A stretch of 64,000 nucleotides of DNA from Lama glama (GCA_028534125.1 CM052817.1:18044001-18108000), one strand, 5' to 3'; positions 12,724 to 26,296 are shown, counted from the stretch's first letter. Notes: generated by a model from the letters alone, not told the origin. Numbers and translations: made by a program.

Positions 12724-14700
12724 TTTTTTTCATTTAAATCAACTTTATTAAGGTATAATTTATGTACAATAAAATGTGTACGTTTTAATTATACTGTTCT
12801 ATAAAGTTTGACAAATGTAGACACCCACGTCACCACCACCACAGTCGAGGTGTTGAACATTTCCATCGCCTGAAACAATTCTCTTTATGCCTCTTCCCAT
12901 CTGATCTTCCATATACACATTCACTCCGAACAGCCATTGATCTGCTCTGTCCGTAAACATTTGATTGGTCTTTATTCTAGAGTTTCGTGTAAATGGAATC
13001 ATATATGTACCCTTTTGTGTCTGATTTCTTTTGCTTAGCATAATCTGAGATTCAGCCATGGTTTTGTGCGATTCGTTTTCCATTCCTTTTTATTACTCAG
13101 TAGTCTTTCTTGCAATTTGTTTATCCATCATTGTTAGCGGCCATCCATGTTGTTCTCACATTTTGGTGTATTATGGATGGCTACTATAAACGTGTGTACA
13201 AGCCTTCATGTGGACGTATATCTTTATTTCTTTTGGGTAAATACCCAGGGGTAGAATTGCTGAGTCATACGTAAGCACAAGTTTAACTTTCTAAGAAACC
13301 TCCAGACTCTTCTGAAGTTATTCTCCATTTTACGTTCCCACTAGCAATGTAATAAGAGTTCCAGTTGCTCCAAATCCTAGTATTTGGTATTATCATGTTA
13401 GTCATTCAAAAGGTGGTTTAATTTGCATTTCCCTAATTACGAATGATGTAGAGCATCTTTTTATGTTTATTTGCCATTTGTACATATTCTTTTGTAAAGT
13501 GTCTAAGTCTTCTGCCCCTTTTTAATCAATTACTTGAAGTTGTAAGAATTATTTATTCTGGATACATTTCTGGTTTGTAAAATTTTTCTCTCAGCCTCTG
13601 GCTCATCTTTTAATTTTCTTAACTATCTTTAAAGAGCAAAAGTTTTTATTTTGTTGAATCATTTAGCCTTTTTTTAATGGTTCTTTGTGTGTGTGTGTGT
13701 GTGTCCTATCTAAGAAATTTTTGTATAACTCAAGGTTACAAACAAATTTTTTTTTCCTCTCCTTTTAGAAACTTTATAGTTTTAGCTCTTACCTTTCGCC
13801 CTATGTTTGTTGTTGTTGTTGTTTTAGTTAATTTTTGTGTGTGGTACAAATCAAAGTGTTATTGGTCACATTTTTGCATATGGATATACAATCGTCCCAA
13901 CATCATTTCCAGCTAAAAAATCTGCCCTTTCCCCTTTATGTTAGCACCTATGTATAAAATCAATTGATCATATATCTGTGGGCTTATTTCTGGACTCTCT
14001 ATTCTATTTCATGGATTTATGTCTGTCCATATTCCAATACCACACTGTCTTGAGTTCTGTAGCTTTATAGTAAATCTTGAAATCGGGTAGAAGACGTCCT
14101 CTCATTTTGTTCACCTGTGTCAGAACTATTCCGGCTATTCTAAGTTCTTTGCTTTTCAAAATAGCTCTTAGAATCAGCTTTTCCACTTGTACCCACCCCC
14201 CAAAAAGAAAGCTGCTGAAATTTTTGAGATAGCATTAACTCTATAGATAAGTTTGGAGACAGTTGATATCTTAACGACATTGGGTCTCAATATCATTTCA
14301 CACCAATTCATGAATATGGAATAGCTCTCTATTTCTTTAGGTCTTGTTTAATTTCACTCAGCTGTATTTTGTAGTTCTCCATGTAGAATTCTTGCACATA
14401 TTTTGTTAAATTATTCCTGATTATTTTACTTTTTATGCTATTGTAAACAGTATTTTTAATTTCACTTTTTAATTGTTTGTTAGTATATAGAAATAGAATT
14501 GGTTCCTTTTTACATTAAACTTGTATTCTGAGATCTTGCTAAATTTACTACTTTTGGTATCTCTTTTTGTAGCTGCCCTAGGATTTTCTACATATATAAT
14601 ATGTCATCTATAAATAAAGACAATTTTTCATTTTTTTCAAATCTATATGCCTTTTATTTCTTTTTTTTCCTTCATTCACTGACTAGAACCTGCAATAGAA
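12724..14700 (-). mobile_element. L1M (L1MB/MC-like) 3' ~2 kb
   Basis: Minus-strand ORF remnants LPDFKIYYKATELKTVWYW and IMLSKRNQTQKGTYMIPF are L1 ORF2 C-terminal motifs. T-rich 3' end lies at the left. Confidence 0.9.
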
Positions 14701-15120
14701 CATACAAGCGTTGCAGCTCACCTCGTTTTAAATTAAATGTACTTCTTTCTTGAATAAGTGCAATATTTTGAATATAGATCAGTGTACTAGTATGGCCAAT
14801 TTAGGGATAAAACAGTGAGAGGAAGTGAGACATTCAGGATGAGGTGGGGAGACCCACTGATACACAGTCAAGATAACTTCACCAAGCTTTATGTTGTTGA
14901 TGATCCAAATGGCTGTTTCGAATCATTCTTTCAACTTCAAGCAGTTGGCCTCGGGTATTACCGATGTCTTTGTTATGGTAATTACATAGTTGTTTTGTAT
15001 TACTTCAACTGTTTATATGTATTTGTATGTTTGCTTTTTCAGTAACAAATGTGGTGAGATTATTTCTTATGGAAGTAGAATACTAACACCTGTTTTTTGA
15101 AGTAATGGTGCCATCCCTCC

Positions 15121-15593
15121 TGTGGTGGGAAAAATAATGATCCCCCAAAGATTTTCACGTCCCAGTCCCCGAGTCCTGTGAACGGTCCCTTACGTGAGAA
15201 AAGGCACTTTGCTTTTGTGATTGGATTAAGGAACTGAGCTGGGGCTAGTCTTCTGGATTATCAGGTGGGCCCAGTGTAATGACAAGGGTCCTTATAAGGG
15301 AAAGAGGGAGGCAGGTGGGAGTGTGAGAACCAGAGAGGGATTGGAAGATGCTATGCCATTGGTTTGGGAAATGGAGGAGAAGGGGTCATGCACCAAGGAA
15401 TGCAGGTAGCCTCTAATAACTGGAAAAAGCAAGGAAATGGATTCTCCCCTAGAGCCTCTGGAAGGAGCTCAGCTCTGTCAACACCTTCATTTTAGGACTT
15501 CTGACCTCCAGAGCTGTAAGATAATAAAAGTGTATTGTTTGAAGCCACTAAGTGTGTGGTAATTCATTACAGTGTCAACAGGAAACGAATCCA
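15121..15593 (+). mobile_element. MaLR solo LTR, MLT1D-like
   Basis: TG...CA ends and a perfect 5-bp TSD cctcc (15116-15120, 15594-15598). Confidence 0.9.
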
Positions 15594-16428
15594 CCTCCTC
15601 TCAGATTACTTGGGTTTACCCGTCACCTGGAACCTCTGACAGTGAGTTCACGTTGCCTCAGTTCTCCTACCTATAAAATAGGTGACTCTCCCTGTCCAGT
15701 TCCTCTCGTGTGGCTTTTATAATATCCAAATAAAATAAAATTCGTGAAAGTATTTTGAAGACTACCTTCTACTGCCCTGGTACTGACAGGAGAAAGACCC
15801 CAGAAAGTTGGGCTTTTATAAGGCAGGTGTCACGGAGGAAGAGAGGTGCTGGAGGAAGTGTGTAGCCATGTCTTAAGGTCTCCTTCCACGTGGGGAGACT
15901 CCGCTAGTGAGAGGAGTGAATTATACTGATGAGGTTGGCATTTTGTGTGATTTTTTTAAGTTGGAAATGAGGTGCCTTAACAATTTAGAGACTAGAAATA
16001 AAGTGTACATGATTTAACATGTATGCCACCCCTCCTCATCCCTGATTTTTTGGTTGACTTACTTGTAAAGGCTCCTTGGCCTGAATGAAAACTATTCCTC
16101 TCTAAAAAAAATAGATAGACAGACAGACAGACAGACAGATAAGGAGGTTGGGAGCAATGAGTGGGCATGCAAAGCCAACTTCTTTCTCTCATATTTCTTT
16201 TGGGATCCAGCAGCCCACAGCAAACATATGTTCCGTACTGTTCCTCTATGTCCTAGCTTCAGAAAATCCAGGTCCCGTGGTATGGGAGAAAGTGGGGTGA
16301 CAGGGGTGACTGCAGCTCATCAGTGAGTGGGTAAGTTTAAGATGCAGTTTTGAAACTCCTGTCTTTGCTGAAAAACTAAATCACGTTCCGTGGGATTAGC
16401 TTTATCAGTAAGAAAGATGATACATCAA

Positions 16429-16600
16429 TTTTTTTTAATTTTTTTTACTGAAATACAGTTGATTTACAATGTTTCAGGTGTACAGCAAAGTGATTCAGTT
16501 ATACATACATACATGTTCTTTTCAGATTGTTTTCCATTATATGTTATTACAGGGTATTGAATACAGTCCCCTGTGCTACAGAAGGTCCTCGATCTGTTTT
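16429..16600 (-). mobile_element. Short 3' fragment of an artiodactyl/camelid L1
   Basis: polyT followed by 'gttgatttacaatg...gtacagcaaagtgattcagttatacat'. Confidence 0.8.
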
Positions 16601-16719
16601 AAATGTAGAGGTGTGGATGAACATCATCTTCATCTGCTTTTATTTGTGTCGATTTTAATTTTTATGTCTCAAGTTCTCAGAACCCCGGCAGGAAGAAAGG
16701 TGCTATTTATTGGACCGCC

Positions 16720-17560
16720 ACCCTTCGTTCAATAGGGCAAGGAAGTTCAGGATGAAGCCATAGTGATGGATCATGGAATATGAGCTCAAAAAGAAGAAAT
16801 GAAGGGTAAGGAGGGGGTGATGATAGATATGGATAAAGAAAAATGGATGGACTGAAGGTCACAACAAAAAAAGGAAAAGCACTTTTGAAGAACGTGTACT
16901 TCCGCAAGTACCTTGGAAGGATAATATTTGTAGCCAGAGTAAGATATTTGCGTTTGAAATTTTGGAGATTATGTCATTTTGGTTGATGCAGGGATCTAAG
17001 GCATAGTGGATCGCTGAGGTGGAGTAGAAGAAAACGTCAGTGAGAACGAGGACGTCAAGAAACCAGGAGCCCGTGGTAGTGGGTGAATCATCAGCCTGCA
17101 TGTTGAAATCAGCAAGAAGGATGACGGGGGAAGAGATAAGAAAACTGAATCGCAAGTTAGTTTTACTGAGAATGAGGAAGAAAGTCCCAGAGGCTACTAG
17201 TCAGTGACAATAACACGGAGGAAGAAGAGTGGGGTAGTCAGATGGTGTGAGCCTCAAAGGAGCAAAAGAGGTTTGCAAGAGAGAAGGGGGAATAAAACTC
17301 AAATTGTCATTGAGGCATAAGGCTGGCACTGGAGCACTTTGGGTAAATGAGAAAACATAATCCACCTGAGACGGCTGCATAGAAAACGTGTCCCCAGGAT
17401 GCAGCCAGCTTTGAGTTAAAAGGTGAATACGGTCTTCAGAGAAGAGGTTGGAAAATACAGGAGGTCACTGATCTCACCTTGGGAATTGGGAATTCCAAGA
17501 GGCAGAGGGGGAGGACTTTTCTAGGGAGAGGAACGAAGGGTGGGTGGGAATTAGGTCAGA
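16720..17560 (-). mobile_element. L2 internal fragment (endonuclease region)
   Basis: ORF 16859-17155(-) carries VILLADFNMQADD, the APE 'ILGDFN' motif. The + strand is purine-rich, as is typical of antisense L2. Confidence 0.7.
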
Positions 17561-19376
17561 ACAAAGGAGGAAACTTGGGTAAGTAACTGATGAGCGGGAA
17601 GCTTGGAATTCGGATGGAGAGTGGGATAAACAGGCATGTGTGGATGGCTAATCCTCTCAGAGGTGGCTGCTGTGGTCTGGACCATTTTCCTGCGGTGGCA
17701 GCCTGGGGTTGGCATGGTCTAAGTATAGTCAGCTGCTTCTTCAGACAGCGGGAGTCGTGGCTGTCTCTGCTCTAGCACCGCACTAGTTTGGTGCCTTGGC
17801 TATTTTTCTTTTTCTTATCAAATGAATTTGGTCCTCCTCTCCCTCTTTGGGCTCTTGCTTATTCATGTTTCAACTTATTCATGGCTTAGGGATAGATTAT
17901 TTTAATTGTTCAGATAAAAGGACCCTTCCTTTATAAATGGAATCACTGCAATGTTTTCATGAAATAGAAAGCAGCAAATTATCTCTTAACACATGACTTA
18001 ATTTGCACCCACAGCGTGTACAGTGATGGACTGACTCATGGAGAGAATGTACGTATGTGAGAGAGAGAGAATGAATGAATGAGAAGATTAGGTTATCAGT
18101 AGTAAGACTATAGGAAGAAATAGGCAGGTTTTCCTCTTCCCCCCGTCACTTTTCAAAGGACTGTGTGCCTTACCCTCAAAGAGAAGCATACTACTTTCTA
18201 TGTCGATGGGCTTCTCCCCCTGAGTGGAGTTGAAAAGTGGCTGAATGATTAAGTATCTCACATGTGAGATCCAAAAGAAAATGGGAAGACCTGAACACAC
18301 GAATGGGAAGAAAGATTTGGATCTGCGGACAAGCCTGTAGGACCCCAACTCTGACAGATCTGACATTGGCAAATGGGTGGCCAAGTACACAAGTGTTGTA
18401 AGGGGGCACTGTACGAGGGCCAGGAACTCCCCTGGACAGAAGGCCAGCCCAGGACTCCAGCCCTAGAACAAGGTCAGTGGCCTCATCCAAAGAGTACTGA
18501 CCTGACCTTACTTCTACATTAGTAAGACTTCTCTTACTACTACACACAATGACTGTGAGGACACCTCCCAGAGTTACCCTCAGGACTCTCTACTCCAAGG
18601 AACCACCAGACACCTCTTCCATGTGAGGAAGATTGCTGGAAGGGAGGGCGAGGGTTCCTATACCTGTGCTTTGTGGAGAACCATGCATATTAGTAACTCC
18701 TATGCTGAAGACAGAGAGAATGGGCACCACTGTTGAAAACAAATACTTTCCCAGTATCCCACATCTTTTTCTGGTGATCTTTGGCTCTGTTTATTTTTTA
18801 TTTATTCAGTATCCCCTATTTTTGTTTATATTCTATTAGACATGGACTTGTAACCCAGCTCCACCATTTGCTAGCTACATGACCTTGGTAAACTTAACCA
18901 ACTTTTATAAGGCTTAATTTCTTTACCTATAAAATGCTAATCAGAACCAAATAGGGCTGGTTACTCTGAAAATTAAATGACATAATATGTATAAAACATT
19001 TCACATTTAACACTTTAACTACGAATTAGAAAGCAAACTGTTCTTTTCCTCAAGGGATATAGAATGAATAGGTACATAGTCATGCAAAAAAAATAGCAAG
19101 CCCAGAATAACAGGACCCATCAAAAGCCTCCGCCATTTTTAGGGTTTCATGATCAATACATTTGGGAAATGTTTAATGCTATATCTTCCTTTTGGAGATT
19201 TATATTGCACACAAAGGCATTAGAGACTCTGAGAATTCTTGCAATTAATGACCTGAATAACTGCTTAGTCCAAAGTTTCTCAGTATAGTATATATAACAC
19301 AAGCTATTAACATCTGGCAGATTTAGTCTTTCCCAAAACACAGTTTAAGAAGACTTCCGCTTCTGTCCAAGGTGGT

Positions 19377-19656
19377 TGTTAACTGACTGTATTGCTCCCA
19401 AATATGTTGAAGCCCTAATACAGAACGTGATGGTATTAGGAGGTGAGCCATTTGGGAGGTAATTAGTTTAGATGAGGTCATGAGGGTGGAGCCCCGATGG
19501 GATTAGTGTCTTATAAGAAGAGAAAGAAACCAGACCTCTCTCTTCAGCAGGAGGAAGAAAAGGTCATGTGAGAACACAGAGATATAGCAGCCACCTACAA
19601 GCCAAGGGAAGAGGTCTTAGGATGAAACTTGCCTTGCCAGAAACTTGATCTTGGAC
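19377..19656 (+). mobile_element. MLT1A-like LTR, 3'-truncated
   Basis: 'tatgttgaagccctaa...gaggtcatgagggtggagccc...cttgatcttggac', then an abrupt switch to L1. Confidence 0.8.
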
Positions 19657-19800
19657 ATATATCCAGAGGGAACTCTAATTCAAAAAGATACACACATCTC
19701 CATGTTCATAGCAGCACTATTTACAATAGCCAAGGCATGGAAGCAACCTAAGTGTTCATCGACAGGTGAATAGATAAAGAAGAATAGATAAAGAAGATGT

Positions 19801-19850
<50 letters not shown>

Positions 19851-20300
19851 AATATTACTCAGCCATAACAAAGAATGCCACATCGTCATTTGCAGCAACA
19901 TGCAGAGATTATCATATTAAGTGAAGTAAGTCAGACAGAGAAAGATAAATATCATATGATATCACTTGTGTGTGGAATCTAAAAAAAAAAAAAATACAAA
20001 TTCTATTTACAAACCCAAAACAGAGTCACAGACATAGAAAACACACTGGCTACCAAAAGAGAAAGAGTGGGGGAGGGATAAATTAGGAGTTTGGGCTTAA
20101 CAGATACATATTACTATATATAAAACAGATGAACAACAAGGACCTACTGTATAGCACAAGGAACTATATTCAATTTCTTGTAATAATATATAATGGAAAA
20201 GAATCTGAAAAGAAAAAAATACATATGTATAACTGAACTGCTTTGCTGTACAGCTGATACTAACATTGTAAATCAACTATGCTTCAATAAAAATTTTTAA
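19657..20300 (+). mobile_element. Younger camelid-type L1 3' end (end of ORF2 plus 3' UTR) with an internal (CA)n at ~19804-19846
   Basis: 'atgttcatagcagcactatttacaatagccaag' through 'aatcaactatgcttcaataaaa'. Confidence 0.9.
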
Positions 20301-20334
20301 AATTTTAATTAGAAAAAGAAAATAGAAAAGTATT

Positions 20335-21490
20335 CAGCCAAATCAATAATTGCATTAAATGTAAGGTTTAAATGTAAATATTTCAATTAAAAAGCAAAGA
20401 TTTTCAGATTAGATTAAAAAAACAAGGCCTAACTATATAGTTCTTACAATCAATCCATTTTAATATGAAAACATATTTAGGTTAAAAGTAAAAGGATGAA
20501 AAAAGATACAGCTTGCTAACATGAATCAGAAGTAACCTGGAGTGGCTGTGTTAATAACAGGCAAATTAAATTTCAAAGTAAAGAACACTACCATAATGAT
20601 AAAAGGTGAATTCATCAAAAAGGTGTAACAGTCCTAAATGTTTATACACACAACACTTTCTAAATATATGAAGCCAAACTGATAGAGATACAAGGAAAAA
20701 TAGACAAATGTAAAATTATAGAGACTTCAACACCCCTCTACCAACTATTTACAGAAAAAATAGGCAGACAAATCAAGGTATTAAGGAATATTATTAACCA
20801 CTTCATCTAATTACATTTGTAGAGCACTCCATCCAATGACAGCAAAATACACTTATTTCAAGTGCACACGAAGTTTTTATGAATATAGAACATTAGGCCA
20901 AATAGTATTTTGGTCTCAACAAATTTAAAAGGATTCAAGCTACATAAAATATGATCTCTGACTACAGTGGAATTACATTGGAAATCAATAACAGATATCT
21001 AGAAAAAAACTTGAACAATTTGGAAAATAACACGCTGCAAAATAGTTCATGATCAAAGACTAAATCAAAATGGAAATAAGAAAGGATTTCAACTGGATGA
21101 AAACACAACATATCGACATTTTTGGAATGCAGCTAAAGAGTATTTAGTGGGAAACTGATACTATAAATACCTATATTAGAAAAAGAGAAAGCTCTCAAAT
21201 CGGTGATCTTAGCCTCCATTAAAAAACTAGCAAAAAAAAAAAATTAAGCCAAAAATAAGCAGGAAAAGAGGAAATAATAAAAGATCAGAAATCAATGAAA
21301 TAGAAAACAAAAACAACAGAGAAAGTCAATAAAACAAAAAGCTGCTTCTTTGACAAGATCAATAAAATTGATAAACCTCTATCCAGACTGATCAGGGGGA
21401 AAAGACAAAATTACCAATATCAGAAATGAGAGCGATGCTGTAAGTAACTACAGGAAATATTACAAACAACTTCACAGTTATAAATTACAA
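20335..21490 (+). mobile_element. Old L1M ORF2 5' (endonuclease) region
   Basis: 'aataattgcattaaatgta', 'gagacttcaacacccctct' (GDFNTPL) and 'ctctgactacagtggaatta' (SDH.GI). Confidence 0.85.
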
Positions 21491-22513
21491 AAAGCTTTTT
21501 TTGTTATTGAGGTCATGACTATAAATTTAATGTCAGGTACTTCTAGCCCTCCAACTTGGTTCTTTTTCAAAGTTTTCTTGGCTATCCTGGTACCTCTGTA
21601 TCTTTACTGAGGAGTCTGGCTCACGGCCAAAAACCCACGCGTCACGTTTTTCACAGGCAGTTCTGAAGGCCTCAGGGAGAAAGCTGCTTTCCCTGCACCA
21701 GACTCAGCAAGTGCCCCGCAGGCTTTAAAGGGAGTGCAGTCGCAGATGCAGGCTGCCCTGGCTGGCCACGCTCTTCAGCAGCGCTGCAGTCCTGGCCCAG
21801 GTGTCTCCACACGGAAGCCCCTTTATCAGGGGTCTTCACGGGGGCCTCCCTCAGGTGCCTCTGCCAAGACCCCCTTGTGAGCGGAGGGAGGCCTTGGCAC
21901 CTTCTTCCACCTTAACTCAGCACTAGGTACCCGTTCCAGCACTACGTACCCTTCCGCTCCTATCTCTTCCCATTCTTGCTCCTCTTGGTCCCCAGGGCCT
22001 TACTATTGCAGGAGTCTTTGTTTGGGACTCCCTGAGCACTAAGGCAATTCCACACATCTGCGGTGATCCACCTGCCCTTCAATGAGAGCCACTTCATGGG
22101 GAAAAAATGGAAGAGGAGGGCGGTACTTTCGCCAGCTTAGCCTCCAGTTCGTACTTCGCAGTAAGTGATTAAAGGCTTGACTGACGTATAGTGTTTAGTA
22201 TCGGTCCTGGTTCTTTGTTTGGGTTTTCTTCCACAGGAAACCCTGGGATTGCAGGTCACCTTATGTCTTTATATAGCTCTGTTAAATGGGCTTTCTTATC
22301 TCCATTTTCCAGTTAACAGAACTGATGATCAGAAAGATTATATAATTTGTTCAAACTTCCACAGCTTGTAGGAGGAAACTAAAGCGCCCATCTCCTTAGC
22401 TCTTGTTCCTGAGGCCTTTCTCCCTGCAGCCCAGGTGCCGATGTGTCACAATTGGATTTTCCCTGTTAATTCACTGCCTTTCTTTCCGATGGTCGCCCTC
22501 ATCTGTCTTAAAA

Positions 22514-23475
22514 CCTTGCTTCTCAAAGTCAAGTCCTTGGACCAGCAGCATTGGCATTACCTGGGAGCTCGTTAGGGCTACAGAACCGCCCTTGCTTCAG
22601 GACTACTGAATGAGAATCCAAATTTCTACAAGATGCCCTGATGATTCCTGTGACATTAAAACTTGAGAAGCACTGATCTAGGAGAAAAATCTGAAGGTAT
22701 TTTATGCAATATATGCAACTTTTACTGCATGTTAGAATCGCCTTGGAATCCTTTAAAAATCCTGATACCCAGGCCACAAAGTCCACCAAATGAGTCAGAA
22801 TCTCTCAGGACGGAGCCCACGCATCAGCATATTTTAAAACTCCCCAAAAGTGCGGCCAAGTTTGGGAACCAGTGCTCAAGGCCATGCTTTTCAGGCCTTA
22901 ATGTTCCTAGGAATCATCTGGGAGCATCTTAAATGGCAGATGCTGACTTAGTGGATGCAGGGTGGGGCCTGATATTCTGCATTTCTTTTCCTTTGTAGTT
23001 ATTTTCCCAACTGTAAAAATTCAGATTTATTACTACTTGCTTCATGAAGTGATGGCAATACTAAGGCGATAACAGATACTAAGTGTATCAGCATTTTCTT
23101 AGCATCAAACTTCACCATTATGGCTTAAAAAACTTGTACCTACTTTTCAATAAATTTTTTAGGTGTATAACATGATGGTGTGTTGTTCTTTTTTTTCTTT
23201 CTTTTTTTTGATTTGTAATATTGTATGTTTCTGGTATACAGCGCAGTGATTCAGTTATATATATATGTGTGTGTGTGTGTATATACACATATATATACAC
23301 ATATTCTCTATCATTACAGGCTACTACCAGCCATTGAATATAATTAATTCCCTGTGCTATACAGTAGGACCTGTTGTTTATCTGTTCTGTCCATCGTAGT
23401 TTGTATCAGCCAATCCCAAAGAAATTGTGCATTTTTAACAAGTTCCCAAGTGACAGGTGCTTCTGCTCCCAGGAG
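22514..23475. mobile_element. Cluster of three MER5-family hAT MITEs; the third is split by an L1-mediated insertion (22987-23420)
   Basis: 'ttctcaaagt...ggaccagcagcattggcattacctggga', 'ttgagaagcactg', 'tttgggaaccagtg', and 'ctgcatttct | aacaagttccca'. Confidence 0.8.
23188..23420 (-). mobile_element. Camelid-type L1 3' UTR fragment
   Basis: 'gtgattcagttatatat...ttccctgtgctatacagtaggacc'. Confidence 0.85.
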
Positions 23476-25310
23476 TTTCTGGAGCAAAATGAAACAATCT
23501 GGGGGTTCCTTCAACAACACCAGTAAGTACAAACAGCACAGAATGAAGGCAAGCTGATCTCAGGCACCGTCCTGAGAGTGTGACGAAACAAGGAACCCGG
23601 GGAGCAGAGGAGGGGTTCCTGCAGGCTCTTCCAGGGCCTTCCAGGAGGTTGCTTCACACCTGGGGCTGGGCTGGGCGCCGCACCTGGCCGGACTGAGTGG
23701 GCCGCCGGCCTCACATCGTCGCTGTGCTGGGGCCCCAGGGCAGGGCTCGTGCGAGCTCACATTTCTCCCTTCCACAGCCTTCACGGGCTGTCCACCTTCC
23801 CTGTCCCTAGCACACCCTCACTTTTCCCGGGGTCCTGTGTCCAGTTCCACTAGCAGTCCCCGAGGCACTTGCTCGGCCCCCTGCGGGCTTACTTGGCTTT
23901 AGACTGAGTCACAACTGCCAAAGCTCAGGCCAAGACGCTGAGGAACTCAAGCCAGGAGGATGACGGCCACGGGGATGAGCGCCCGGGAGCCGCAGCGTGA
24001 CAGAACATGGTTTGTTTGTTCATGCTGGCTCCACTCACGACATGCAAGATTTGGTCTAACAACTGCAGCTTGGCAGGACTTAACACGCACTGTCCTCGCT
24101 CCAGCTTATAATTTACATATTTCTCTCCCTGTCATCAGCAGGTTGCGTGGGACTTGCCGAGCATGAGGCAGGCCTGTGTTGGGTTCGGCTGTGGCCCCAT
24201 TTTGACCCAAATCCCCTGGCCTGTGGCTGGATGGGGATGGGTGTCTGTGAAGCGAAGTAAGTAAGGGCTACCCTCTGGCCTGAGGAATCCCCCTGGCAGC
24301 CTTAACTGACCCTGTTTTAAGATGGTAGGATGCTTACCCAAAATTCCAGAAACCAAAAACTAACCTGTACCATGGAGCAAACTAATATACTTTTCTCAAG
24401 GCTTGACAGGAAAAAAAAAAAAAAAGACAATGGAGAGGGAAGGGAAAAACAGACCGTAGGATGTCTAGTGCGAAGGCAGCCAAGGAGGGGACTCTTTCTG
24501 CACTGGGATTGTCCCGTGGTTTTAATTTGGGGCTTGTTCCTTGACATTTTTTCTGAGCACTACTTACAAGGCATTTCACCGCGTGCCAGGTAAAACTAGA
24601 CATCAGATCACAACCTGTTTAACCTTGGCAATACCCTTCCTCCCACCAGCGCCCCCCCACCCCGCCCAGATTCTTGAGACTTTCTTTAATTTCCTGCCAG
24701 TTTCTAAGGATTTGGAGAAAGTCTGGGACCTAAAGGAGTTAATGTAGCTTTAAGGCTGAGCAGTTTCTTCTCTCTCCTGAGAGCATAATTAATCCTTATT
24801 TTTCCCCAAAGGGGAGCCAAGGAAATGCTTCATCCCCAGACGAGGGGGCCAACAACATCAGCAGACTCTTGTGGCAGCGACTAAGGGGCCAGAGGTTGGA
24901 CCCAGCCTCTCAGATTTGCCTCTGGTCTCCCGTGACTGGTCTCAGGAGACTGAAGTTCCTTTCACTTCCCCAAGCCTGGTGACACCCCCTTGGGGGTGCT
25001 ATTTAAATGTAGGCATTTGAAGGCAGAAACAAAAGAAGAAATTTCCTGGCTGGTAAGTAATTGGCCTTGTGAAACCACACCTGGGGGGGTAGCTAATTAA
25101 CCAACTGAGCAGAGGAGGACGCCACTCTAGAGGGAAGCCCGGGGCAAGCGGAGGAACAGCCCTGTGCGTTGAGGAGTGGCCATCTGCAGGATGGGGCCCT
25201 CTGGCAGCCTTAAGTATCCAATAAATTAGAGGAACTTCTTAAGGGCTCTAAGACCCAGGCCTTGAACCATCTGCCTTGGAAAGCCCCAGAGTTACCGTCC
25301 TGCTCTCACC

Positions 25311-25493
25311 CAATGGTTCTCAGTGTGGATGCTAAAAACAGCATCAGCTTCACCTGGGAATTTGTTAGAAATGTACATTCTCAGGCACCATCCAGACCTG
25401 CTGAGTCCCAGTTTCTGGCAGCGGGATCCAGCAGTCTGCGTCTTAACCAGCCCTCCAGGTGACTGTGGTGCACCTCAGGTTTAAGGATCACTG
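25311..25493 (+). mobile_element. MER5A MITE
   Basis: TIR-like ends caatggttctca...taaggatcactg and internal 'cagcatcagc.tcacctgggaa.ttgttagaaatg'. Confidence 0.85.
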
Positions 25494-26173
25494 CCCACCA
25501 TTTGTTCAGCCCCTTAAATCAGGCTGCTTTGGGACCATCCAGCGGTAAGTAAGGAGGGTTGGATCATAAAGTGGGGCTTCTAAGTCAGACTGCCTGATTC
25601 TGAACATTAGCTTTGCAACTTCCTAGTCACGTGACCTTGCAAACCAGTCCCCTCGGCCCTAAGATGGGGCAAATAACACCCCTTCCCCAGGAGGCGCCGT
25701 GTGTCTGGCATGTAATAGTTTCTGTCTCTTTCCTATTCCAGTCTTTCTGATAGGAAATTTACAGAACAAGAGCTACTGTCCTTAGAGTGAAAATCTGCAA
25801 GACAGGAAGTGGCCACACATGTACAGGATGCTAATGTTAATACATTTTTAATTAACATTTTTTAATGGCTCTCGATTTAAAACAGTTCAGTTCAGCCTTT
25901 GAGTCCTGAGGATAAGGATTTTTTTTTTTTAGCAGAAATATGTTTCCTCATGCTGACTCTCATCCAAATAGTTTCAAAGATTACATTAAAATTTTCCTAA
26001 AAAGTGAAACTTAAATTCATGCAGTTGTATTTCCTCCTTTTTTTTTTTTTAAGAGAAAGAGGAAGAACACACCATGGGAGGCTTGATTTGGGTTTTTGTG
26101 TATGTAATTCAGGATTAAAAAAACAAATCAAAATGACTTGAGCATTTTCTTTTTTACTCTTAGTTAAGGCACA

Positions 26174-26296
26174 TTTTTTAAAAACTTCGCTGTTTTATTT
26201 ATCTTTCTATTTTTTAATGGAGGTACAGGAGATTGAACCCAGGACCTTGTGCAAGCTAAGCACGCGCTCTACCACTGAGTTTTATTCCCACTCCCC
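26174..26296 (-). mobile_element. Vic-1-like SINE
   Basis: Reverse tRNA-like head 'gattgaacccaggacc...gctctaccactgag'. TSD aaggcaca at 26166-26173 and 26297-26304. Confidence 0.9.

Noticed and set aside
14890..14980. Minus-strand HNKDIG peptide resembling COX1 NHKDIG (possible NUMT)
   Set aside because: The similarity does not extend on either side.
21605..22100. GC-rich block, possibly an old LTR, with a ~19-bp imperfect tandem repeat
   Set aside because: No family could be assigned and no termini or TSD were found.
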